A DNA stretch of 49,653 nucleotides from Candidatus Nomurabacteria bacterium (GCA_026395965.1 JAPLXS010000007.1:1-49653), one strand, 5' to 3'; shown: positions 17,608 to 27,216, counted from the first letter of the stretch. Notes: generated by a model from the sequence alone, not told the origin. A program made the numbers and translations.

Positions 17608-17639
17608 CTAGAAGCTAGTACCTAGCTCCTAGTAACTAA
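17608..17639. repeat. CTAG heptad array, 5 units
   Basis: CTAGaagCTAGtacCTAGctcCTAGtaaCTAA, ending 3 nt before the rpsR ATG. Confidence 0.8.
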
Positions 17640-17642
17640 TTT

Positions 17643-17843
17643 ATGAAACAAGATTATTTTTCATCAAACAATATAAAACATATTGATTACAAAGATGTAG
17701 AAGTTTTAAAGAAATTTCTAACTCCAAGTGCTCGTATGCTTGCCCGCCGCCGTACAGATGTAACAGCAAAGAATCAAAGAAAGCTTGCTGAAGCAATCAA
17801 ACGCGCTCGCTTTATGGGACTACTTCCATATATAGCTAAATAA
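17643..17843 (+). CDS. rpsR: 30S ribosomal protein S18
   Basis: [50 protein letters not shown]. Confidence 0.9.
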   Translation: MKQDYFSSNNIKHIDYKDVEVLKKFLTPSARMLARRRTDVTAKNQRKLAEAIKRARFMGLLPYIAK

Positions 17844-17845
17844 AG

Positions 17846-17887
17846 TCAACCAAAACACCCTCAATATATTGAGGGTGTTTTGGTTGA
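17846..17887 (+). terminator. Hairpin terminator after rpsR
   Basis: TCAACCAAAACACCCTCAA-TATAT-TGAGGGTGTTTTGGTTGA. Confidence 0.65.
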
Positions 17888-17969
17888 CAGGGGGGGGGTA
17901 AATGTTAAACTACAATAGTATATATTATAAATTAATTATTGTATTTATCATTTTACCTAAAATACAGGA

Positions 17970-19397
17970 ATGATGATTTTTACTAAAAAATATATGAAAA
18001 AAGTATTATTAAGTTTGTTTATTTTTGGATTTCTTACAATAGGAACTCAAGCACATGCATTTTCATTGAGTGACGCTCAGTTGGAAATACAAAATCTAAA
18101 AAATGATATTTTGCAATTAAAAGGACAATTACTTGGTGCAGCAGCATTTAGTAATGTAAGTGTTTCTAAGGTTGCACCAAAAACAACAGTTGGTGATCAA
18201 ACCCCAAGAATTAAAATTATTAATAAAGTGGGAGGTATTATTAGTAGTAGTGCAGAATTTAATTTACAGTGGTCAACTGTTGGTTTTACTTCAACAGATA
18301 CTGTTCATTTATCTATTTCTGACGCAAATAATAATTATCCGTTTTCAATTTCAACATTAAACGATGGAAATGAGACTATAGTTATACCGCCATTGAATGG
18401 AACATATACATTTATTGCAAAAATCGACGGTACTAATGTTTCTGCATCTGATGAATTTAATGTTGGTTTAATTATAACTACAGGTAAAGTCGCCCCAAAA
18501 ACAGGAGAACTCCAAGAATTTAAAATTAAATCTCTTACACCAGTAAGTGGAGGGACTTATTTTAGTAACTCAGAACTTAATGTAACTTGGTCAACCAATG
18601 GTTTTGCTGCGACAGAGCTAGTTAATATAGCTATCGCGGGTCCAAATGGTACCTATCCATTTTCAATTAGCACAGTAAATGATGGAAATGAAACAATATT
18701 TATACCATCCGTAACAAATGGAACATATGAATTTGTATTAAAAATTAATAGTTATCATGCTGCATCTAATGAATTTAATATTAACTTAGTTGCTCCTACA
18801 ACAACAACACCAAGTATTAAAGTTCTTGCTCCAAACGGAGGGGAAATATATCAAACAGGACAACAGGTTGTTGTAAAATGGGAAACTCACAACTGTACTG
18901 GTAATATTACTGAAATAAATTTAATACCTATTGACATGCAAGGTGGTAGTGGAGTTACTTTTGTTAAAGATATTCCTAATACTGGAAGTTATACAGTAAC
19001 TCTTCCAACAGCTCAAGATGGTATTTCATCTCATTATTCATTTGGAAATAACTTCAAAATGCAAGTAATGATTGGTGGAAGTCAATCTAACAATGAAGTT
19101 ACTGATTCATCTGATAATTTATTTACAATTTCAATACCCATTATTACTCCCGTAGAAACAGAAGCTAAAGTAGCAGTAAAGTCAGTTGATCAATTGTCTC
19201 CAATTTCAAGAACCCTTAAAGTGGGTATAAAAGGAGAAGATGTAAAAAGACTTCAATCATTTCTTAAAATAACACCAGATGGATCATTTGGTCCTATGAC
19301 CGCAATAAAAGTTAAGGAATGGCAAGCAGCAAATGGTTTAAAACAAGACGGACTTTTTGGTATAATGAGTAGTCAAAAAGCAGGATTGGATAAATAA
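17970..19397 (+). CDS. Secreted repeat protein with a C-terminal peptidoglycan-binding domain
   Basis: Signal peptide MKKVLLSLFIFGFLTIGTQAHA (likely true start at 17994). Two ~100-aa internal repeats (…YPFSISTxNDGNETI…) are followed by a third related beta domain. The C-terminal PG_binding_1-like region reads VKRLQSFLKITPDGSFGPMTAIKVKEWQAANGLKQDG. Confidence 0.75.
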   Translation: MMIFTKKYMKKVLLSLFIFGFLTIGTQAHAFSLSDAQLEIQNLKNDILQLKGQLLGAAAFSNVSVSKVAPKTTVGDQTPRIKIINKVGGIISSSAEFNLQWSTVGFTSTDTVHLSISDANNNYPFSISTLNDGNETIVIPPLNGTYTFIAKIDGTNVSASDEFNVGLIITTGKVAPKTGELQEFKIKSLTPVSGGTYFSNSELNVTWSTNGFAATELVNIAIAGPNGTYPFSISTVNDGNETIFIPSVTNGTYEFVLKINSYHAASNEFNINLVAPTTTTPSIKVLAPNGGEIYQTGQQVVVKWETHNCTGNITEINLIPIDMQGGSGVTFVKDIPNTGSYTVTLPTAQDGISSHYSFGNNFKMQVMIGGSQSNNEVTDSSDNLFTISIPIITPVETEAKVAVKSVDQLSPISRTLKVGIKGEDVKRLQSFLKITPDGSFGPMTAIKVKEWQAANGLKQDGLFGIMSSQKAGLDK

Positions 19398-19412
19398 AAA
19401 TATCTAAGACTT

Positions 19413-19444
19413 AAAAAGCCCCCGACCGAAGGTCGGGGGCTTTT
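19413..19444. terminator. Bidirectional hairpin terminator
   Basis: AAAAA-GCCCCCGACC-GAA-GGTCGGGGGC-TTTT. Confidence 0.8.
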
Positions 19445-19447
19445 GTA

Positions 19448-20158
19448 TTATATTAGACTTAATGAAGTTAGGAATGTTTCAAGTTCTTTTCCTTTGATTT
19501 CTCTGAACTCACCTAGGGGTATTTTGTCGAGTTCAATATTCATTACTCTTATGCGTTTTAGATTGATTACATTGTGGTGTAGAGCCTCACACATACGTCT
19601 TATTTGGCGTTTTTTGCCCTCTGTGAGGACTATATGGAAGGTATCCTTGGATTTACCCATTCTCCATACTTTACACTTTTTACTGATAAATTTATCAAAA
19701 TGAACACCATTGCCTAACATTGTAAGAAAAGTATCTGAAAATGGCTTTTCTACTTTGACTGTGTATTCTTTTTCGTGGACGTATTTTGGTGACAATAGAC
19801 GGTCAGTTACACGGCCATCGTTTGTCACTATTATGAGTCCATGAGAATCTTTGTCTAATCTTCCAACAGGAAATACTTTTACAGGGAATCGTGTTACTTG
19901 TAATATATCTTTACTTGCAGGGTCTGGATTTGTAGATACATTTATATCTTTGTTATATGCATAGTATACATATTCTTTTTTTGAACCTTTTGTTTTAACT
20001 ACAACTTCGTCGCTTTCATTTACTTTGTCACCAAGTACAGCAAGCTTGCCATTGATAGTAACAAGACCTTTTTTGATAAGATCGTCTCCGCCTACACGAG
20101 TAGAGAAGTTGTTTAGAGCTAAATATTTATTTATTCTGATTGGGTATTCCATAGTCAT
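19448..20158 (-). CDS. Pseudouridine synthase, RsuA/RluB family (S4 domain plus catalytic domain)
   Basis: An N-terminal S4-like domain and the catalytic motif GRLDKDSHGLIIVTNDG. Confidence 0.85.
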   Translation of the reverse strand: MTMEYPIRINKYLALNNFSTRVGGDDLIKKGLVTINGKLAVLGDKVNESDEVVVKTKGSKKEYVYYAYNKDINVSTNPDPASKDILQVTRFPVKVFPVGRLDKDSHGLIIVTNDGRVTDRLLSPKYVHEKEYTVKVEKPFSDTFLTMLGNGVHFDKFISKKCKVWRMGKSKDTFHIVLTEGKKRQIRRMCEALHHNVINLKRIRVMNIELDKIPLGEFREIKGKELETFLTSLSLI

Positions 20159-21311
20159 GATTATGCATTAATTTGGGAATATAGTATAGACCCGCTAATA
20201 AAATGATACTTAAAATAATAAATAGAGATTTAAATGGCAAATATATAAATATTAGAGTACTGATAAGAGGAGCGATGATATAAGCAACGGGAGTCATATC
20301 TCTAAATACACTTAATAGGTATGTTTCTTCTTCTTTTACGTGAGTAAAGAAATAAATCTCTGATGTAGTTTCTATTATGCTTGCTCCGACACGGGTCATA
20401 AATAATATTGCACTCCATACCAATACACTTTTAATAGTTGTAGTTGAAATCAAAAAAGTTGATGCACTTATGATTATAAATCCTATATATAAAAGTGTTC
20501 TCTTTCTTATATGATATTTATCTACAAGTATTCCTATAGGTAGTCCAAATATAACAAAAGGAGAAAGCATTATTGTAAATATTATTCCTATCTGACTCCA
20601 ACCTAGTCCAATGTGCTGGTATAAATATATAGGTGTATAAACAATCATCCATGAGTAGAAGAATTGTAATATAAAATTTATAGTTGTAATAGCAAGCATG
20701 TGAGGATTTGTTTTTAAGAACCTATAAGTTTCTAGAAAAGGAGTTTTCTGGTATGATTTGTCATCAAACTTTTTAACTGAAAATATCAATCCGAGTGTCA
20801 TGATTACTGTCATTGCAAAAGCCAAAGTATATATAGTTTGATATCCTCCTTCTTTTGTAATCAAGAAAGCTGTTATGAGAGGGGATGTCACCCAAGCCAA
20901 GTTTATGACAGTTAGATAAAGACCACGATTTTTACCAACGGTAGATTTATCTCCAAAATGCTCAATAAAAATATCAATACAAAATAGTATTTGTGTATTT
21001 GTTGAAACAAAAGCTATAAAAGCAGCACTTATAATATAAGGATTATTGGATATAATCATTCCAAACAAAGAAAACATATTGACTAGAAGTAGCCAAAGAG
21101 TGAGTCTTTTGTTTCCAAAATATTTCAAAATATTTGCACTCTTTGAAAGCAATAATAGGGTAGCCAAAGAAGCAAGTGTGTACAATATACCAACCCATTT
21201 CTCTGAAACTATATTTGATAAAAATGTAGAGTTAACATAAGCAGATATAGCAATATGTAGAGTAAAAAGAAATGATAAAATATACATCCTGTTTATTTTC
21301 GTAAGATTCAT
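20127..21311 (-). CDS. MFS-type transporter
   Basis: 394 aa with about 12 hydrophobic segments in a 6+6 arrangement. No substrate is inferable. Confidence 0.6.
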   Translation of the reverse strand: MNLTKINRMYILSFLFTLHIAISAYVNSTFLSNIVSEKWVGILYTLASLATLLLLSKSANILKYFGNKRLTLWLLLVNMFSLFGMIISNNPYIISAAFIAFVSTNTQILFCIDIFIEHFGDKSTVGKNRGLYLTVINLAWVTSPLITAFLITKEGGYQTIYTLAFAMTVIMTLGLIFSVKKFDDKSYQKTPFLETYRFLKTNPHMLAITTINFILQFFYSWMIVYTPIYLYQHIGLGWSQIGIIFTIMLSPFVIFGLPIGILVDKYHIRKRTLLYIGFIIISASTFLISTTTIKSVLVWSAILFMTRVGASIIETTSEIYFFTHVKEEETYLLSVFRDMTPVAYIIAPLISTLIFIYLPFKSLFIILSIILLAGLYYIPKLMHNHDYGIPNQNK

Positions 21312-21351
21312 AGTTTCAATTTTATATTTAATGAAGTAAATAATTAATAAT

Positions 21352-23334
21352 TTAGATACTTAGTAATACTGGGATAACGATAGGTCTCTTTGCTGTTTTT
21401 TGGAATAAAAATTTTGAGATGTTGTCTCCGAGTGCTGATTTTACGGAATCAAAATTTATAGGATTCATTCCAAAAGTTTCATCTTCAACAGTCTTTTTTA
21501 TTATCAAGCGTACTTGGTGTAGTAATTCTTGGTTTTCTTTCAAGTAAATAAATCCACGAGATATTATATCTGGAGATTTTCTAAGTTTTCCTGTTTCAGC
21601 ATCAATAGTTGCGATAAGAACAAACATTCCATCTTGAGCAAGCATGACACGGTCACGAATAACAACTTCTTGTTCGTCTCCTACAGAAAATCCATCTACC
21701 ATCATAGGAGCAGAAGGTGCCTTTTCTTTTCTGACACCAATTTTGGTTCCTTCATCTGTAATCTCTATAAGTGATCCATTGTCAGGAACAATTATATTTT
21801 CTTCTGACATTCCTAACTCCATTGCAAGTTCTTTATGACGAACAAGCATTGAGTGATGTCCATGGATTGGTATAAAGAATTTTGGATGAGTTTTTCTGTG
21901 TAGCCACTTTATATCTTCTTGGTTTCCATGTCCTGTGGCATGGATAAACTCTTCAGAAGTTCTGTAACTGATTATTTTAACTCCTTGTCGAGTTAGATTA
22001 TCTTTTAGTCGTTGAACCGCTATTTCATTGCCTGGGACGATAGATGAAGAAAGTATTATTGTGTCGCCTGGTTTAATGCTAAATTTTTTGTGAGTTTTAT
22101 TTGCGATACGTCCAAGAGATGCAAATTCTTCGCCTTGAGCTCCTGTCATCATTACGATAACTTTGTTTGGAGGATAACTGTTTACATCTTCTATTGGTAT
22201 AATAGTACCTTTTTTAGGCTTAAATAATCCAGCTTGTTCACATATTTCTATGTTTGTTTTCATTGAACGTCCATCAAAAATAACTTTTTTACCTAGGCCT
22301 TCAGCTATTTCTACTATTTTCATTAGGCGAGTAAGGTGAGAAGAAAAGGCAGCAATAATGATACGCCCAGTACCTTTTTTTATAAGCTTTTCAAGTCCAT
22401 CGTGAACACGTGATTCAGGAAGTGAAAAACCTTCATTTTCTATGTTTGTAGAATCTGTCAAAAGAAGAAGAACTTTTTCTTTATCAAAAAATGCATATTC
22501 TTTTTCTTCTTCATCTGAAACAACTCCATCTATCTGGTCTAGCTTGTAGTCTCCAGGAGTTATTATTGATCCGTAAGGTGTCTCTATAACTATACCCATA
22601 GAATCTGGAACTGTGTGAGTCACACCAAAGAACCTAATACGCATTTCACCAGCATATATAACAGAATCTTTTTCAACTATTTCTGGTTTAAGTGCAGGTA
22701 AATGAGGAAATTCTTCTTGACGTTTTTTCATCATAAGAATAGAAAGGTTTCTGGAATATAGTGGGGGGTTGCCTATACGACTCATAACAAGAGGAATACC
22801 ACCAATGTGGTCTAGGTGTCCATGAGTGACTATCATAGCGCGAATCTTGTCTTTTCTTTCTTCGAGGTATGTTGTATTTGGAATTATATAGTCTATGCCT
22901 GGGGTATCTTCTGTTTTAAATTGCATACCGGCATCGATAACTATTATATCGTTACCGATTTCTATTGCTGTCATGTTTTTTCCTATTTCCTCAACTCCAC
23001 CAAGAGGTATTATTCTTATTACACCTTTTTCTGGAGATGGAATAGTTGTTGTTTTATTTTTTGAAAATGCTGGCTTGGTGTGACCTGTTGGAGCTTCAGT
23101 TTTAGGACGTCTGTTGTTTTTTATATTGCTATATTGAAAACTACCACGATTTATTTTCTTATTTGATCCTTGTGTTTTTTCATTTGGGTGAGATGTCTGT
23201 TTTAAAGAGCCAACTGGTTTTGTTGTTGGTTTTTGTGTTTTATGTAAAACACGTATATTTCCTTGTTTATGGTAGCTAAATCTCTGACCACTTTTTGGTT
23301 TAGGGATTGGCGTACTTTTTGCTTCTTCATTCAT
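21352..23334 (-). CDS. rnj: Ribonuclease J with a ~100-aa basic N-terminal extension
   Basis: Metallo-beta-lactamase motif VTHGHLDHIGG, beta-CASP and C-terminal domains. The N-terminus is Lys/Pro/Thr-rich and low-complexity. Confidence 0.85.
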   Translation of the reverse strand: MNEEAKSTPIPKPKSGQRFSYHKQGNIRVLHKTQKPTTKPVGSLKQTSHPNEKTQGSNKKINRGSFQYSNIKNNRRPKTEAPTGHTKPAFSKNKTTTIPSPEKGVIRIIPLGGVEEIGKNMTAIEIGNDIIVIDAGMQFKTEDTPGIDYIIPNTTYLEERKDKIRAMIVTHGHLDHIGGIPLVMSRIGNPPLYSRNLSILMMKKRQEEFPHLPALKPEIVEKDSVIYAGEMRIRFFGVTHTVPDSMGIVIETPYGSIITPGDYKLDQIDGVVSDEEEKEYAFFDKEKVLLLLTDSTNIENEGFSLPESRVHDGLEKLIKKGTGRIIIAAFSSHLTRLMKIVEIAEGLGKKVIFDGRSMKTNIEICEQAGLFKPKKGTIIPIEDVNSYPPNKVIVMMTGAQGEEFASLGRIANKTHKKFSIKPGDTIILSSSIVPGNEIAVQRLKDNLTRQGVKIISYRTSEEFIHATGHGNQEDIKWLHRKTHPKFFIPIHGHHSMLVRHKELAMELGMSEENIIVPDNGSLIEITDEGTKIGVRKEKAPSAPMMVDGFSVGDEQEVVIRDRVMLAQDGMFVLIATIDAETGKLRKSPDIISRGFIYLKENQELLHQVRLIIKKTVEDETFGMNPINFDSVKSALGDNISKFLFQKTAKRPIVIPVLLSI

Positions 23335-23459
23335 TACTTTTTTAAAATGGTTTTATTTTTTAAGCCATTCTATGTTTAATTTTTAATATTTATAATTTTA
23401 TTTTTTACTATTCAATACTTCACTATAAACAATAGCTTAAAGCGGGGTATAGACTTATC

Positions 23460-25271
23460 TTATTTTGCAAAGATTTTCCAAACCTGATCAGTATCAGCAG
23501 ACCATGTGTATATTGATGCAAAACGATCTGAGGGAACTGTTATATTGTCAAATGAAAAATTATTTAGCTTTGGTGATGTAACATATAGATACTTTGGTGA
23601 GTATATTAGCAATGCAGGTATTTGAGCATTGAATTCATTGGCAAGTTCTTCGTATTTACTTTCACGGTCTTCTGCTTTGGATGTTTTTTGTATTGCTTCA
23701 AGGGTGGAATCAACTTTTTTATTGCTATACATAGCAATATTTAAACCAGGGTCAGCTTGTTGAGAAGAGTGCCAAAATGAGTAAAGATCTGATTCATGGT
23801 TTATAACTTGCCCAAAAAATAATGCTTCGTAATCACGAGCTCTTATAAGCTGGTTTAACTGTCCTGCTTCATAAATCTTTTTTATATCTACTTCAACACC
23901 AATTTTAAACAATTGATCTTTTATTAGTAGTGTTGTTTGTTTGAGCTCTTGTGTGTCTCCAGTAGTCAATGAAAAAGAAAGTCTAGTTACAGGTCCGGAA
24001 GTTTTAACTGTCTGAATAATTGTTTTCTTACCTACTTTTTTAGTTATTGTTTTAGTTGTTGTTCCTCCTTTTGTACGTATACCATCAGCTCCTTTTGTCC
24101 AGCCAGCACGGTCAAGCATTGTGTTTGTTTCATCTATTGTATCGTTGTTGTATTTTGTATCTGAATTAATTTGCAATATTTTTCCTGGTATTGGATTGTT
24201 AACAACAGAACCATAACCCCCTAATACATCATCAATAATTTCTTGTTTATACAATGCATTATTAAAAGCTTTAATAACTGTTTCATCTGTAAAAATTTTA
24301 TTTTTGTTTTTATTAAAAAATATACCGAAAATTCTAGGCAGTGTAGATGTATGTATTACATAATTGTCTTTTGTGATATTTACTGTATTTTCTGAGCTTA
24401 TACCACCTGCCTGGTCTATAGAATTGTCGAGTAGTGCTTTTACTAAATCTTTTTCATTTGCATAAGATTTAATATTTAAATACTCAACTCGTGGTTTTCC
24501 AAGAGAAAAATCATTGAAACGTTCAAGTTTGTATTCCTCGGAAATCCCGTCACTATTTTTGGATACAGATTTAATTTTAAATGGTCCTGATCCCACGGCT
24601 TTTATATTTAAAGTAGACAAGTTGAATTCACTTGGATTTACTCCTTTCCATAAATTAGAAGGAAGTATTCCTATTGTTGTATTGTCAATAAAAGATATAT
24701 AAGGTTGAGCAAGGGTAAATACGATAGTATTGTCATCTTTCTTTGTTGCAGTGATCCCATCCCATCCCATTTTTCTAGGACTTTTTATAATAGGGTCTTT
24801 TATTTTTTCGATTGTAAAAATAACATCGTCGGCTGTAACTTTTGTATTGTTATGAAATTTTGCATCATTTCTTATTTTGAAAGTATAGTTCATTCCATCA
24901 GGGGATACTGTAAATGACTCTGCTAGGTCAGGGATAAATTTACCATCAGAAGTTTTTCTCATTAATCCAGAATATACGATTGATGTTAGATCTTTATCTG
25001 CGTCTGAAATCGCAATTACTGGGTTGATTAATGTAGGTACACCTATTATTCCTTCTGTGATAGTACCTCCGCTTACAGGAACTTCTACTAAAAACATAGA
25101 ATTAATTTTCCCCAATAGAATTATGAGAGAAACTATAGAAATAAATAAAAATCCTATAAAAATTAGGAATTGTTTTTTAGAAAAAGATGCAACTGCATCT
25201 AAAAGTTCTTGTTTCTTGTAAATATGAAATTCTTTAATAAATAGAATGAATTTATGCATAAAAGCACTCAA
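23460..25271 (-). CDS. ABC transporter substrate-binding protein, family 5 (peptide/nickel type), membrane-anchored
   Basis: N-terminal TM segment. The layout is SBP_bac_5-like (…FTLAQPYISFIDNTTIGILP…, …LERFNDFSLGKPRVEYLNIK…). Confidence 0.7.
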   Translation of the reverse strand: MSAFMHKFILFIKEFHIYKKQELLDAVASFSKKQFLIFIGFLFISIVSLIILLGKINSMFLVEVPVSGGTITEGIIGVPTLINPVIAISDADKDLTSIVYSGLMRKTSDGKFIPDLAESFTVSPDGMNYTFKIRNDAKFHNNTKVTADDVIFTIEKIKDPIIKSPRKMGWDGITATKKDDNTIVFTLAQPYISFIDNTTIGILPSNLWKGVNPSEFNLSTLNIKAVGSGPFKIKSVSKNSDGISEEYKLERFNDFSLGKPRVEYLNIKSYANEKDLVKALLDNSIDQAGGISSENTVNITKDNYVIHTSTLPRIFGIFFNKNKNKIFTDETVIKAFNNALYKQEIIDDVLGGYGSVVNNPIPGKILQINSDTKYNNDTIDETNTMLDRAGWTKGADGIRTKGGTTTKTITKKVGKKTIIQTVKTSGPVTRLSFSLTTGDTQELKQTTLLIKDQLFKIGVEVDIKKIYEAGQLNQLIRARDYEALFFGQVINHESDLYSFWHSSQQADPGLNIAMYSNKKVDSTLEAIQKTSKAEDRESKYEELANEFNAQIPALLIYSPKYLYVTSPKLNNFSFDNITVPSDRFASIYTWSADTDQVWKIFAK

Positions 25272-25305
25272 TCAAATATAGTTAGCTAGAGGTAAAAACC
25301 TGTAA

Positions 25306-25539
25306 TTATTTGACGAATATAGCTATGAATGATGATGCGACAAAAACGATACCAACAACTATTGTTAAAATAAATAGAAATTTCTCAAAACCACGGCGTG
25401 TATTGTATAGTCCACCTCCATCTCCTCCTCCTAATGCACCTCCAACTCCAGCACTAGATTGCTGTAGTAATATAGCAGCAATTAAAATAAACGATAGTAT
25501 AATTTGTATATAAGGCAATATGTTAGCAATAATTATCAT
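25306..25539 (-). CDS. secG: Preprotein translocase subunit SecG
   Basis: Two TM segments separated by a Gly-rich loop (LLQQSSAGVGGALGGGDGGG). The internal Met start (MIIIANIL) is preferred over the track start at 25575. Confidence 0.7.
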   Translation of the reverse strand: MIIIANILPYIQIILSFILIAAILLQQSSAGVGGALGGGDGGGLYNTRRGFEKFLFILTIVVGIVFVASSFIAIFVK

Positions 25540-25604
25540 AGGTTCAATAGTACTATATTTAAATAGAATAAGCAAGCGTAATAAGGGTCAAAGCAAAAGG
25601 TCTC

Positions 25605-26474
25605 TTATTCATTTGGCTCAATATGTATAAGGACATTTGATATTTCAGGCATCTCTTCTACGAGCTTGTTTTTTAGTACATGAGAGATAGTATGACCTTC
25701 TTTAACAGTTATTTTTGAATCAACTGTTATGTGTAAATCTACATGGTATTTCATACCAGTTTTTCTAATAAAACATTTTTCAGTATCTATAATACCAGGA
25801 GTTTTTTTAGATATTTCTCGGATTTTAAATATAATATCATCATGGGTATGTTCATCCATTATTTCACCTAGTGCTGGTCTAAAAATAAGATAACAATTAT
25901 AAAGAATGAAACCAGACGCAAATAGAGCTGCCCAATCATCGGCAGATTCAAAACCTTTGCCCATGATTAATGCAAAAGTAATTCCAATAAATGCAGCTAC
26001 TGAAGTTATGGCGTCGCTTCTATGGTGCCATGCGTCTGCTTTGAGTGAGGAACTTTTTGTCTCTTTACTTTTCTTTAATACTAATCTGTATGAAGTTTCT
26101 TTCCATATTATTATCCCCCCTAGGATTATGAGAGTATAAGCTTTTGGTAATTCATGGGGAGTTTTTATATTGTGTATTGCTTGGAATGCGATAATCGTTG
26201 CAGAAGCTATCAGAAAACCAACAACCAAAAATGTTATGAGTGGTTCTATTCTCCCGTGACCATATGGGTGATTTTTATCAGCTGGACGGTTCGAATATTT
26301 AAGACCAAACAAAACTAAAGTCGAGGAAAATATATCTGTAGTGGATTCTATCGCGTCAGCTATCAAAGCATATGAATTACCAAAATAACCAGCTATCCAT
26401 TTGATAGCCGCGAGTAGGGCATTACTAAAAATACTAAAATAAATTGTTTTAACAGCAGTTTTTTGATGTGACAT
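25605..26474 (-). CDS. Cation diffusion facilitator (CDF) family metal efflux transporter
   Basis: ALIADAIESTTD, HPYGHGRIEPL, six TM segments and a C-terminal cytoplasmic domain. Confidence 0.85.
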   Translation of the reverse strand: MSHQKTAVKTIYFSIFSNALLAAIKWIAGYFGNSYALIADAIESTTDIFSSTLVLFGLKYSNRPADKNHPYGHGRIEPLITFLVVGFLIASATIIAFQAIHNIKTPHELPKAYTLIILGGIIIWKETSYRLVLKKSKETKSSSLKADAWHHRSDAITSVAAFIGITFALIMGKGFESADDWAALFASGFILYNCYLIFRPALGEIMDEHTHDDIIFKIREISKKTPGIIDTEKCFIRKTGMKYHVDLHITVDSKITVKEGHTISHVLKNKLVEEMPEISNVLIHIEPNE

Positions 26475-26593
26475 TGTCGTAGTTTAACATGAAAATAATA
26501 AAATAAGAATTATAAATGAAAGGGGATTTAAAGAATTAGTATTTTTTTTGACATTAATATTAAATATGTTATATTAAAATAAATAATTTAAAA

Positions 26594-26926
26594 TTGAGTA
26601 AAATGAAAAAAATATTGTTTTTTGCGTTTATTATTGTGTTCGTAATTTCTTGGATTGTGGTAATTTTAAATACATTTAAAAATATCTCTCCTGTAAAAGA
26701 AAATCGTAATAAATGGTTACAGTTTAAAGTAGAGCAGTGGTTTTTATTGTTTATATTTCCAAGTATTTATATTGTTTGGTTTACTATCCCAAAAATAAAA
26801 CTATTAAACTTTGATTATTATGAAGATAATATGAAGTTCTTACTTTATATTTTATCTTTTTGTCTTTGTTCTGCTATTTTTGTTTTAGGATTGAGAGCAT
26901 TTATAGGACTGCGTAAAAGTAAATAA
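26594..26926 (+). CDS. Hypothetical small membrane protein (TTG start in the track; ATG 9 nt downstream)
   Basis: 110 aa with three hydrophobic segments, followed by a terminator. Confidence 0.45.
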   Translation: MSKMKKILFFAFIIVFVISWIVVILNTFKNISPVKENRNKWLQFKVEQWFLLFIFPSIYIVWFTIPKIKLLNFDYYEDNMKFLLYILSFCLCSAIFVLGLRAFIGLRKSK

Positions 26927-26948
26927 AAGTATAAGTATTGAAATTATT

Positions 26949-26977
26949 AAACCACTTCAAAAGAAGTGGTTTTTTTT
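26949..26977 (+). terminator. Rho-independent terminator
   Basis: ACCACTTC-AAAA-GAAGTGGT followed by TTTTTTT. Confidence 0.75.
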
Positions 26978-27030
26978 ATTACATAAATAATGGTTATATT
27001 TTTAATTAAATATTTCAGAATACGGTCGAA

Positions 27031-27062
27031 TTAGGGGTCCAACCCCTAATATTATTTTTTTT
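27031..27062 (+). terminator. GC-rich palindromic hairpin plus T-run (second terminator-like element)
   Basis: TTAGGGGT-CCA-ACCCCTAA then TATTATTTTTTTT. A related 15-mer recurs at 37895-37909 on the other strand. Confidence 0.45.
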
Positions 27063-27131
27063 ATTTAAATATATACTAGAAAAAAATAATAATTGGTAAT
27101 TTGTTTAAATTTTTGCTAGTATAAAAACTAT

Positions 27132-27216
27132 GCCCAGGTGGCGGAATTGGTATACGCGCTAGTCTTAGGAACTAGTGGAGCAATCCTTGGAGGTTCAAGT
27201 CCTCTCCTGGGCACCA
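27132..27216 (+). tRNA. tRNA-Leu (anticodon UAG), class II, CCA encoded
   Basis: Acceptor GCCCAGG/CCTGGGC, anticodon arm CTAGT-cTTAGga-ACTAG, a long variable arm, T-arm GGAGG-TTCAAGT-CCTCT, and discriminator A plus CCA. Confidence 0.9.

Noticed and set aside
18160-18360. 66-aa same-strand overlapping ORF inside the PG-binding protein gene
   Set aside because: It is an out-of-frame overlap within a clearly repeat-structured coding region, with no independent support.
18150-18800. Internal ~100-aa repeats of the PG-binding protein as possible DGR variable/template repeats
   Set aside because: The repeats are diverged at all base types, not adenine-specific. No reverse transcriptase or template repeat is present in the window. 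This is ordinary domain duplication.
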